Shown here: positions 9,024-17,975 of the stretch, piece by piece
Layout: each line of letters begins with the position of its first letter
Numbering within the stretch: position 1 is the stretch's first letter
Assembly: GCA_037447235.1 (NCBI GenBank)
Contig: JBBIHC010000002.1
Span: forward strand, 5,951-69,950
Length of the DNA stretch: 64,000 nucleotides
Direction: 5' to 3'
Source of the DNA: Candidatus Micrarchaeota archaeon
GTDB taxonomy: Archaea > Micrarchaeota > Micrarchaeia > Anstonellales > Bilamarchaeaceae
Notes under the pieces: model-generated
What the model saw: only the letters and a program-made list of their open reading frames with translations
Databases searched by the model: none
What the model was told of the DNA's origin: nothing
Program-made: the position numbers and the translations under genes

Positions 9024-9422
9024 ATGTTTGGAATGGTTGGGATAAGGCTGCTTGATGGGAGCGTTAGCATAAAAGAGGATAAGCCGCCGAAAGGCCTTTC
9101 TATAGACCTGAAGATAACAAAAATCTCAAAGACCGACAGGGAAGATCTCGCGAATGTCAGGTTTTCCTATCTTGTGGGCTACACGCCGAATACTGCTGTC
9201 CTGAAGCTTGAAGGCGAGGCGCTGGTGACTGATGAACCTAAGGAATTGGATAAAATGGTTTCATCCTGGAAAGAGAAGCACAGGATAGACGAGAATATGG
9301 CCGCCAACATCCTGAATGCGATTAACCCGTATGTAACGCATAACGCTTTGCTCGTTCTCAGGGCGTTCAACCTGCCTCCGCACATCGCTCCTCCCCCAAT
9401 AATGCCGTCAAAAAAGAAGTAA
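9024..9422 (+). CDS. Hypothetical protein.
   Basis: A 132-aa ORF in the same orientation as the downstream membrane protein, with tight spacing to it. Confidence 0.35.
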   Translation: MFGMVGIRLLDGSVSIKEDKPPKGLSIDLKITKISKTDREDLANVRFSYLVGYTPNTAVLKLEGEALVTDEPKELDKMVSSWKEKHRIDENMAANILNAINPYVTHNALLVLRAFNLPPHIAPPPIMPSKKK

Positions 9423-9428
9423 GTTGGT

Positions 9429-10157
9429 TTGATGGAGCTCAAGACCGTCTTTTCCGCTTACGGCGAAAAGCCATTTCTTTTCATCTGGGGCTCAGTGCTT
9501 TATGTCTTCTTTTCACTGCTTGTGCTGTTTGCCACGACAGGCATACTCCTTTTTTCCTCACTCGCGCTTTTCTTTGCGGGTTTTCCGCTTTCTTTTGAAG
9601 ACTACACGACCATCACCCTCTACGCAATCCCCCTTCTCGCTGCTGTGTTTTTTTTGATATACATGAACGGCTGCATAACGGCAGCAACAATATACGCATA
9701 CAAAAAAGCGCTTACGGGCTCGCATGTTTCCCTTGTTGAGTTCTATCATTACGGCCTGTCGCGCGGCCCGATGATCTTTTCAATAGGCATAATGCGCGAT
9801 TTCTTCATGCTCATCATAATCGGCATCGGCGTAGCGCTCTATTACTATGCCCTGCAGGACTGGGAATACGGAATCCATCTTCTCGCTTTGTATTCTCTCT
9901 CGGTTTTCTTTGTCTTCCATCTAACCGCAAAACCCGGGATAATCGCGTGCGGGCTTGGCGCAGAGCCATTTGAGGCATTCAAGGAGCTTTATTTCGTGTT
10001 TGCAGAAAAGCACATATACTATGTGAGCTTTTTCTTCATCTACAGCATCATCTGGCTACTGAATTTCATCCCGCTTATCCAGTTTGTCTCCCTTCCTGTT
10101 CTCTATCCGCTTGTTTATAGCGCGCTTATCACGATGGTTGAGGAAGAAAGAAAGTGA
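9429..10157 (+). CDS. Polytopic integral membrane protein.
   Basis: The 242-aa protein has 6-7 hydrophobic helices. It ends in TGA 4 nt before the next ATG. Confidence 0.5.
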   Translation: MMELKTVFSAYGEKPFLFIWGSVLYVFFSLLVLFATTGILLFSSLALFFAGFPLSFEDYTTITLYAIPLLAAVFFLIYMNGCITAATIYAYKKALTGSHVSLVEFYHYGLSRGPMIFSIGIMRDFFMLIIIGIGVALYYYALQDWEYGIHLLALYSLSVFFVFHLTAKPGIIACGLGAEPFEAFKELYFVFAEKHIYYVSFFFIYSIIWLLNFIPLIQFVSLPVLYPLVYSALITMVEEERK

Positions 10158-10161
10158 TGCT

Positions 10162-10470
10162 ATGGAAAGGCTGTACGAAGTCGCATTGGAGAAGAAGCAA
10201 GCCTTGACGAAAGTGCTTGAAGCAGACCCTTATGCTACTGATAGTTTTGCCAGGGTTGGCTACAGAATTCGTGACGGCGCCTCGCTCGGCGAGGACAAAT
10301 CAAAGGTTTATCTTTATATTTCTTCCTCAGCGGATTTCATAAGAAAGGCAGATGCAGCGCTGAAGGATATTGCTGTTGTGGCTGAAGGGAAAAAAGCAGA
10401 AAGTATAATCAAAAAAATAAAAGAAGAGGAAGAGGCGGCAGAGCAGGGGCTTGGCTCCCTTTTTGGTTAG
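10162..10470 (+). CDS. Small acidic protein with a ribosomal P-stalk (aP1/L12e-like) C-terminal tail.
   Basis: The 102-aa protein starts with MERLYEVALE, which resembles the archaeal P1 MEYIYAALLL. It ends with ...KKIKEEEEAAEQGLGSLFG, a match to the conserved stalk C-terminal motif (EEE...GLxxLFG). The middle region is atypical for P1. Confidence 0.4.
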   Translation: MERLYEVALEKKQALTKVLEADPYATDSFARVGYRIRDGASLGEDKSKVYLYISSSADFIRKADAALKDIAVVAEGKKAESIIKKIKEEEEAAEQGLGSLFG

Positions 10471-10576
10471 CCGGTTGTTTGGCAGTGCTTTGTGCAGGTA
10501 CCCGATTTTTTACAAAACATCACATTTATAAATATTTAATGTGTTAATATATATCAGTTAGCGGTTATAAATCACG

Positions 10577-13500
10577 GTGAGCGGGATGAAGATAAAATAT
10601 TCAGGCAGAAAGGATGCGAAAGATTTAAATAGCGTTAGTGCGACTAGTTATAAGCCGAAATCTTTCTCGGCAAAGCATCCGTTGCTTGCTAAAATACTGG
10701 CAACATGTTTAATGTTTGAAGGTGTGTGTATGCCGTTTGGAAGTGTTAGGGCGGCCCCGAGGGAGGCGGCGGGAGCGGAAAAGAAAAACGAAGTGGCAGA
10801 GCAGGCAAAAATCCTAAAAGAATTCACTAATCTTATTCCTAAAATTAAGGCGGAGCAAAAAACTGCCCGCGTGTCTGAAAAGTTTCAGGGCTACATAACT
10901 GCAGACAGCGAATACGCTAAACAAATCTTTAAACTTTTGCAAAAGTTGGGTTTTGTAATAAAAATTAACGATAATGCGAGAAGAGACGGCATATACATCG
11001 GACAAGGCACTAATATATTGTCGGTTTATCTATTTGACCAAACGGTTGAGGGTGTTGTGAATCTCGGCAAACTGGATGATCTGTACAAGAAAGTAATTGA
11101 AGTATTTAACCAGAAGCAGGCTGAAAGTTTGGCTGAGGAAGCTTTGGTAGGGCTGGTGCAGGCAGTGCCGGCAAAAACCGCTGGCAAGGAAGAGGAGCCT
11201 ATCCCGGTCGGGCTGGCTGAGTCTGAAAAAACTAAAGAAACTAAGCCACCAGAAGCCCAAGCCGAAGAGCCCGCTCATGCTGAAGTTAAACAATCTGTGA
11301 AGGTAGATGTAGAAGAGGTAATAAAGGACTTTAATGGGTTTTTAGACAATTGGTCTTTGTTTGCTATAAAGTTAAATCTTTCTCTCGCGAGCATCGCCCC
11401 TCCCCAAAAAATCAACAAAAACGATAAACAAGCCATTCAAAAAATAGCACAGACATTGTTTAAGGATTCAGAAAATTTGCTAGGCCATTTCAATAAAATG
11501 CAAAACAATGATGATAAACTACTTTTTTTGTCCAATCATATTAAGGCACTGCTTCACCTGCAAGACAAAGCCCTCCTGGAGTACATAAAAGAATCTGAGA
11601 CCACGCGCGGGGAAAAAGAAGCGGTTAAAAAAATACTAAAAAGTAAAGGTGTCAAAGTTGACGGCTTTTCCATATACAGCGTTGTAGGCGCGAGAATGCT
11701 TTTATTGCGCATAAACGAGATGGCTCTGCGACACCACGAAAACAAAGCACAGAAGTTGTTCCAAAATAAAAACAAAGTCAAAAACGACATGGGAGAAAAC
11801 TATGAAACTTTCAAAAAAATCGTTGATTTGGAGCACGAGCGTTTACTGCATATGCACGATCCTGATCTTAATAGGGCCAACAAAAGACTATTTAACAGTC
11901 TTGTTTCTAACAAACTTTCTTCCGTTGGCAGCAGTGTCGTACAAAGCGCTTTCGGCGCCGATGATGGATTTTTCAAGTTGCTGGAAGATATACCCGAAAA
12001 TCTGGACCCCAATAAAAAAGAAATCGCATTATATACACTGTTGTCAATCGCAGAGCTTAAGCTTTTATTGGACCTAAAAGAAAAAGACGTTATTAAAAAA
12101 GGAGACAAAACTGGTGCAGAGGCTAGCCTTGGGCTTGCGAAAGACCAGTTTGTAAGGCTTTTCATTAACCGAGAAAAAGAAGAAGAGAATATGAGGCTGC
12201 AAGACCAAAACGTCGACCTTTCAAAAGCCATCAATGACAACGCCGCGTTGGTAATTGCGAATGCAGGCATTGCGAAGATTCTGCCTTACTGGCACGATTT
12301 TGCCGCTTACATAAACAGGAATTATTATCAAGTTGACAAACCGGATCTTAAAAAAAGATACGATGCTGTTTTTGACTTGTTGGCGTATAATTTGAACGTA
12401 ACAAACATCCAAAAAGGATACTACCCAATGAGATACGCGGCCATCGCACAATTGCGCCCCTCGCTGACGACTTCAGCGGATAGAGAATATGTTGGAACTT
12501 TATTTACTAATGTTGTAGGCCCGGAACAAATAGAAAAAATATATAAGAAAGGTGCAGGCTATCATCAGGCATTTACTCCTGCTTTGCTGGGCATAGGCGG
12601 AGGAAGCACCAATTACATTGTCGGCGACCTAATGGTTAAAGAAATCATTAGCGACAAATTTTGGAGTACTGCTGATAACATTAGGGTGGAATCCCAAAAT
12701 AGTAGTCTTGAAAAAAGAAAGGACTATCAAAAAAATTCAGCTCTTCAAGACATATTGCAGAAAGCAGGAGTATGGTATATCGAAAAACTGCTGGCTTTTG
12801 GCGCGCCAACCGCAGTTGAGATAAAGAAGGAGGAAAAGACAGAAGAAATGCAGGCAGAAACTACGCCGCCTGCCATACTGCAACTTCCGTCCCTCCTGCC
12901 AGAGCGGTTCCCGCAGCCTTTTATGCCTTCCCGCTACACTGCCAAGGCAGGCGAAACTAATTACATATTCGGCGAAAATATGTCAGCCGCGCTGACATCT
13001 ATGTTTGGCGAGGAAAAGACAAAGGGTTTATACGATGCATTTGCAGAAGGCTTAAATGCCAAAGACCCCGAACAGGTTAAAAATGCTGCATCTGCTCTTT
13101 ACGATATTATATTAACCGGTTGGAATCCGACGAGCGATGCGGACAGCGGCACAAAAGCAGCTATTTTAAAAGCGCTTGAGAAGGCAAAAGAAAGCGGCGA
13201 TACAGCGGATTTCAAGATGGCGCTTATGACATTCAGCGACCGCCTTGGGGTCAACCTTTTGGAAAATTTCTATACTTACCGTTTTGAAGGCGATACGCTG
13301 AGAGTCAGGATCCCCATCGGGATTGAGGTGGCGCTCCGCTTGGGCTTGTCTGAATCTGAAATAAGAAGCAAAGTAGAAGCGCGGGGAGTCGCGTTCCTGA
13401 CAGGGTTGGCTGTTCAGCTTGGCTATCTTTACCGCCCGGTCAATGGCAGATTATCAGAGTACCAATTAAAGGGCTTTGATGAGCAAGGAAAATTAATAGT

Positions 13501-14188
13501 TGAACCGACAGGGGAATCCATCTCGGCAACGCTTGAAACGCACGCCATTGACATTAACACAGCTCTTGACTTGTTGGCTTTCAAGGCGCCTGAAGCTTTG
13601 GGGGGTATTGGGGTTATAAGGGTGAATGCGGCTGTTGAAATAGACAAGGCATCCCTGAAAACAGCCATCCACGGCCAGCCGCTTGCCATAAGCGACTGGG
13701 TTGCTTCATTCAAAAGCATAGGAATAAGCGCTGACTTTCCTGGAGGCGAAGGCTTAAAGATAAGATCAGTCGGCCTCGGAGGATGGGGCATAGGCAGCAT
13801 AAGCGAAGAAGGGCTGAAGTGGGACCCAACGAGCAACTGGTATGGAAATGTTGTGCTGGGGTGGACTGAAAAGTTGGATGAATATCAACCACTTGCGTTG
13901 CAGCGGCTGACATTTTATTTAAGCCCGACAGTTCTTTTCGGCGGGCAGACAGGCTTTTCGTTGACAGGAGGCATTCAGTCAGTCCATAGAATTTCAGAAA
14001 ACTGGTATGCTCTGCCGGCGCTAAACGCAACATACCTTTACGACGGCAGGAATAATTATGGCCAAGGGTCCACCGAAGTCCTGTTCAATTTTGCGCCTTG
14101 GGGGCTTGCTGCCGGCCTTGGAGCTTCTTTGGACAGCAACCTTAATTATTCAGTTATGCTTTTGTTCAGGTTTAACCTGGAGAGATAA
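10577..14188 (+). CDS. Very large ORFan protein of 1203 aa. Has an N-terminal hydrophobic anchor, a long K/E-rich helical region, and a Gly/Ser-rich beta-like C-terminal 250 aa.
   Basis: A long uninterrupted ORF preceded by an AT-rich promoter. The N-terminus has the hydrophobic stretch LLAKILATCLMFEGVCMPFGSV. The C-terminal segment has alternating hydrophobic residues (...GFSLTGGIQSV...NYSVMLLFRFNLER). It is the first gene of a three-gene operon. Confidence 0.5.
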   Translation: MSGMKIKYSGRKDAKDLNSVSATSYKPKSFSAKHPLLAKILATCLMFEGVCMPFGSVRAAPREAAGAEKKNEVAEQAKILKEFTNLIPKIKAEQKTARVSEKFQGYITADSEYAKQIFKLLQKLGFVIKINDNARRDGIYIGQGTNILSVYLFDQTVEGVVNLGKLDDLYKKVIEVFNQKQAESLAEEALVGLVQAVPAKTAGKEEEPIPVGLAESEKTKETKPPEAQAEEPAHAEVKQSVKVDVEEVIKDFNGFLDNWSLFAIKLNLSLASIAPPQKINKNDKQAIQKIAQTLFKDSENLLGHFNKMQNNDDKLLFLSNHIKALLHLQDKALLEYIKESETTRGEKEAVKKILKSKGVKVDGFSIYSVVGARMLLLRINEMALRHHENKAQKLFQNKNKVKNDMGENYETFKKIVDLEHERLLHMHDPDLNRANKRLFNSLVSNKLSSVGSSVVQSAFGADDGFFKLLEDIPENLDPNKKEIALYTLLSIAELKLLLDLKEKDVIKKGDKTGAEASLGLAKDQFVRLFINREKEEENMRLQDQNVDLSKAINDNAALVIANAGIAKILPYWHDFAAYINRNYYQVDKPDLKKRYDAVFDLLAYNLNVTNIQKGYYPMRYAAIAQLRPSLTTSADREYVGTLFTNVVGPEQIEKIYKKGAGYHQAFTPALLGIGGGSTNYIVGDLMVKEIISDKFWSTADNIRVESQNSSLEKRKDYQKNSALQDILQKAGVWYIEKLLAFGAPTAVEIKKEEKTEEMQAETTPPAILQLPSLLPERFPQPFMPSRYTAKAGETNYIFGENMSAALTSMFGEEKTKGLYDAFAEGLNAKDPEQVKNAASALYDIILTGWNPTSDADSGTKAAILKALEKAKESGDTADFKMALMTFSDRLGVNLLENFYTYRFEGDTLRVRIPIGIEVALRLGLSESEIRSKVEARGVAFLTGLAVQLGYLYRPVNGRLSEYQLKGFDEQGKLIVEPTGESISATLETHAIDINTALDLLAFKAPEALGGIGVIRVNAAVEIDKASLKTAIHGQPLAISDWVASFKSIGISADFPGGEGLKIRSVGLGGWGIGSISEEGLKWDPTSNWYGNVVLGWTEKLDEYQPLALQRLTFYLSPTVLFGGQTGFSLTGGIQSVHRISENWYALPALNATYLYDGRNNYGQGSTEVLFNFAPWGLAAGLGASLDSNLNYSVMLLFRFNLER

Positions 14189-14202
14189 TTTCAGGTGGAT
14201 GT

Positions 14203-15672
14203 ATGTTTGATGAGAAGGTTGAAAAGGCGCTTTGGGTTATTGATGTCGCTGCAGGAAACAAGGCAGCGGCAAATCCAAACGACTGGGCATCAGTTGTGCT
14301 TTACTCCACAAGGGTTATGCAACTGTATGACCTCGCCGGCAAACTAAGCAACTGGTCAAAATATGTCTATGACAAGAGCAATGCGATTTTGGGAGCAGAT
14401 GCGGTTTACAAACTCAAAGCCGCGAGAAAGGACGCCCTTATGAAGCTTGCTTCCCTGAACCCGAAGCAGTTAAGTGAGATAAAGCCACTACTAAGGGAAG
14501 ACATTGTCGGGCTGAGAATATTCGACGTTGAGCCTGAAGTCCGGGAGGTGTACTATAAGCTGTTAACTACCATCGCCAGGGAAACCGAGATGAGGCGCTA
14601 CAAGATTGCGCTGACATCTCCAACACCACTTTCAATCTTGTCAAGCGAGCCGGGCTATATGGTTGTTATGATGGACAAGCCGCACCTTCCTGCCGAAACC
14701 GTGGCTGAATTTGAAAGCGCGAGCGATGCCGCCGCTTTCTTCTCAGCTTTTCTCACTCTTGCTCTTTATGCCAAGCAGAAAAGAATGTTTGATGCCGAGC
14801 AGATAGCCAAGGATAAGCTTGCCTCAAAATACGCGAGGGAGTCATACAAGATTTTCAGCAGAAGCATAAGGAAAGACAAGCACATCCCAATAGCAGAGGC
14901 AATACGCTCAGGAAATGTCTGGGAGGCAGTGGCTGACCTGCAGATGGAAGAAAGCTTTTACAATGCCTTTAAGCACATGTGGAAAGCCACCCTTGTATCT
15001 TTCGGCTTCGGCGAGATGAAGCTTACATCTTTTGTGTCAGAAACTACGCTGGCAATAGATAAGTACGGGCTTGAAAAAATGGCTGAAGCGTTTGAGAAAA
15101 ACAAAAACGCGACAAAAGAGTATCTTACGGCGATATGCCTTCTGAATACTGCCATTCAGGATTATTTCCTTGACAGGAGAATTTACCTTTCAAGGGAGCT
15201 TGAGCCGGTCCTGCCTTCTGATATGGGCTGGAAACTTCCTCTAACTGTTGTTATGGAATGCACTGCTGATTGCAAGCCCATAAAGCCCCTGGACAACCTG
15301 CCTGCCTCATTGTTCGGCATAAAAAACATCAGGATAGACACTGCTGACAGCAAGTTTGTCTATTTTGGGAAAGCCCCGGAGGATTTCAAGATTGACCCGA
15401 TTAACGGGACTGTGGCAAATGTTATCATTTATTCCGTGCCTGACAGCGAGTTTTACAGGGGAAACCTGTTTTTCATCCCTGAAGCATTGCACTGCCTTGC
15501 TTCCATCGCGATAAACAGGATATTGGACGGCAGGGTTGTCGCGGCCATAAATTCCAATCCGGGCTTGAGAAAGCTGAAGTTTATTTCAGAGGATGGTAAA
15601 AACGGCATTGCAGGATACTTTACCGATTACCTTAAAACTCAGCAAAAAATCGCAAAGAGGTCGAAAAAATGA
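14203..15672 (+). CDS. ORFan protein of 489 aa, probably cytoplasmic.
   Basis: Lies 15 nt downstream of the previous gene, and its stop overlaps the next start. It has no signal peptide. Confidence 0.45.
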   Translation: MFDEKVEKALWVIDVAAGNKAAANPNDWASVVLYSTRVMQLYDLAGKLSNWSKYVYDKSNAILGADAVYKLKAARKDALMKLASLNPKQLSEIKPLLREDIVGLRIFDVEPEVREVYYKLLTTIARETEMRRYKIALTSPTPLSILSSEPGYMVVMMDKPHLPAETVAEFESASDAAAFFSAFLTLALYAKQKRMFDAEQIAKDKLASKYARESYKIFSRSIRKDKHIPIAEAIRSGNVWEAVADLQMEESFYNAFKHMWKATLVSFGFGEMKLTSFVSETTLAIDKYGLEKMAEAFEKNKNATKEYLTAICLLNTAIQDYFLDRRIYLSRELEPVLPSDMGWKLPLTVVMECTADCKPIKPLDNLPASLFGIKNIRIDTADSKFVYFGKAPEDFKIDPINGTVANVIIYSVPDSEFYRGNLFFIPEALHCLASIAINRILDGRVVAAINSNPGLRKLKFISEDGKNGIAGYFTDYLKTQQKIAKRSKK

Positions 15673-17975
15673 AAAAGCTGTTTTATCTTATCTTGTTGCT
15701 GGGCTTGTCTTTTGCCCTTGAGAGCTGGGTTGGCACTGAGTACTATGGTTTTATTGATCCAAATAACTACCGGATGATAGCCCGCCACGGCGTTTATGTC
15801 GGAAAGGCGTCCTGTGCCGTGGATGGCGTTGTTTTGAGCGGCGACCCTTGCGAGCAGGGAGAATCAACAGTATGCGCAGGCACTGTTCTCAGGTACACTC
15901 CTGCCATAAATGCGAACTGGCGAACCTCTGATGTAAGGACCGCGACGCGCTATCTGTCCCTTGATAACCTGCCTTTTGAGGATTATTCCTCTACAAGCAC
16001 CTATCAGGTAAAATGGCTTGACAATGAAACTTATTACAGGTATGATGCCGAAGGAGAATGTTTTCCCGGCCTTGGCTTGGGGAACGGCTGCGTGAAACAG
16101 GATATATGGGATTCCTTCAATGAAGGCTTGGGAGAGCTTTATCCAGAACTTGGCGGCCCATCCACATTCAACTATCCGCAGGCGGTTACATACGGCGTGC
16201 TTTATCCGAATACTAGCTTTTTTTCAAACAAAAAAGGATATCCAATGGTCTTTTGCCACGGAAGATACAGGGTCAAGTACGGCCTGGACATTTATGTGGT
16301 GCTGGAAGAAGGAGATATGGCTGATTTGGCAGGCCCTGAACTCACCGAGAGGGTTTTCACATTTGACAACCCGGGCAGGTATGCGATTACCACCACATTG
16401 TCTGATCTTGACTGTTTCGGTGCAGTGGTCGGCCATCCGCGCAACGACAACAACAACCCCCCAAACAACATAAGCAATTTCGTTCTTCATTTTTTTGGCA
16501 ATGATGTCCACGGCTCGTTTGATCCGCACAGGAGTTTTTCAGACCAACACATAATAAATGTTGTTGATGGAGATATGGCGATTGATGTTAGAAGCGACAA
16601 CATAATAGCAAGAGACGGCTATGGCCACTATCTTCTGGCAACAGTGGTGCAGAATACCGGGGATTTTGCCGTCAACATAACCAACGTGTCTGCAGGCGCC
16701 CTTCAGGGAGCCTCTGCAACGCCTTCAACATCAAACTGGTGCCGGACATATTTTGGAAACCGGTTGGAATGCTTCCTGGGCAATGGTTATAATACGGCAA
16801 TACAGCCGGGGGCAAACACCACCCTTTACACCATCTTTTCATATGCCGGGCAGGAATATGAGCTTTGCGGCCAGCCTTCGATATTTAAGCTTGAATTCGT
16901 GCCTGCCGGCCCTGCCTGCGTTCCGGCAAATGAGAGTGGTTTTGCCGATGTTGGCGGCCCTTGCGGCTCCTATCCGTCCTGCGTGATAACTCCCCAGAAC
17001 AGCACCATCGGCCCGTTTGAGGTCCACCAGTGGAACGTTTCCTGCTTCACTGAACAGGGCGCACCAACATCCTGCACAGGAAACGACTGGCGGCTTGAAG
17101 GCATAGACGGAGACATCATTACCGGGACCAGCGAATACGCTCACGCGGTTTCCTATGAGGAAACAAGAACAACAGGGCAGATAGTTTATGTCCAGGGCAA
17201 TTCAAGATGCTCTGCCGGCATCACAGTTGACCCGTCATCAGTTGTCGCTGAATGCGACTTTGACCCTGCTTCAGCCTACCTTGATGTTGGCGAGTCGCAG
17301 GATTTTGATCTCCTTTGCTCTTTGAACAGTCAGCCAAGAACTCCTGACAGCGCTGATTACAACCTGACTGGAAATCTTGCCGGCACCATCCAGCCTTATC
17401 CCAACCCGGTTGAAGGAGCCATATTCGTTTCTTCAGATATGAGTGCCGGAAACCTGATGGGCATCGGCTGGTTCACCTCGCCCTCAGTTCCGACTTTGAG
17501 GGGCGCGGTTGCGTTTGCCTACATCCAGGTTGGCTGCGAGGAAGACGAGATATTGCAATGCCATCTTGAGTTCGTCGGCATCGGGCCCGGCGGAGAATAT
17601 GTGTATGAGCAGGTTTGCGAGTGCATACCTGCTGGCCAGAACCAGACCGGCGGCGGCGATGACAGGGAAAAGAAATTCTGCGTGATAGCGCCTCCTTTCC
17701 AGCAGATATCACCGCTTCAGCCAGGCAGAGCCAGCGTATCCTGTTTCATTGAGGACGAAAATGGCGTGCCCAGGGAGGTCGAATGCGGCCTGGTCAGCTG
17801 GAGGATAACAGAAAGCCTTGCAAGGCTGTCAAACCAGTACGGCGAAAATGTCGTTTTCACTGCTGTCGTTGGCGCTACCGGCGATGGTACGCTAACCGCT
17901 GAAATGGCTGACAACAACAAGGAATGCGAAGCAGCATTCAGGGTTACACCCTACACCTGCCAGGAAATAAGCTAA
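15669..17975 (+). CDS. Secreted Cys-rich ORFan glycoprotein of 768 aa.
   Basis: The signal peptide is MKKLFYLILLLGLSFALESW. It has more than 25 Cys, and many N-x-S/T sequons (NET, NTS, NIS, NIT, NVS, NTT, NES, NST, NQT). It is translationally coupled to the upstream gene by an ATGA overlap. Confidence 0.5.
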   Translation: MKKLFYLILLLGLSFALESWVGTEYYGFIDPNNYRMIARHGVYVGKASCAVDGVVLSGDPCEQGESTVCAGTVLRYTPAINANWRTSDVRTATRYLSLDNLPFEDYSSTSTYQVKWLDNETYYRYDAEGECFPGLGLGNGCVKQDIWDSFNEGLGELYPELGGPSTFNYPQAVTYGVLYPNTSFFSNKKGYPMVFCHGRYRVKYGLDIYVVLEEGDMADLAGPELTERVFTFDNPGRYAITTTLSDLDCFGAVVGHPRNDNNNPPNNISNFVLHFFGNDVHGSFDPHRSFSDQHIINVVDGDMAIDVRSDNIIARDGYGHYLLATVVQNTGDFAVNITNVSAGALQGASATPSTSNWCRTYFGNRLECFLGNGYNTAIQPGANTTLYTIFSYAGQEYELCGQPSIFKLEFVPAGPACVPANESGFADVGGPCGSYPSCVITPQNSTIGPFEVHQWNVSCFTEQGAPTSCTGNDWRLEGIDGDIITGTSEYAHAVSYEETRTTGQIVYVQGNSRCSAGITVDPSSVVAECDFDPASAYLDVGESQDFDLLCSLNSQPRTPDSADYNLTGNLAGTIQPYPNPVEGAIFVSSDMSAGNLMGIGWFTSPSVPTLRGAVAFAYIQVGCEEDEILQCHLEFVGIGPGGEYVYEQVCECIPAGQNQTGGGDDREKKFCVIAPPFQQISPLQPGRASVSCFIEDENGVPREVECGLVSWRITESLARLSNQYGENVVFTAVVGATGDGTLTAEMADNNKECEAAFRVTPYTCQEIS

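Noticed and set aside
14203-15672. A possible enzymatic function for the middle gene of the ORFan operon.
   Set aside because: No nucleotide-binding, metal-binding or catalytic motifs were recognisable by eye. It is left as unknown.
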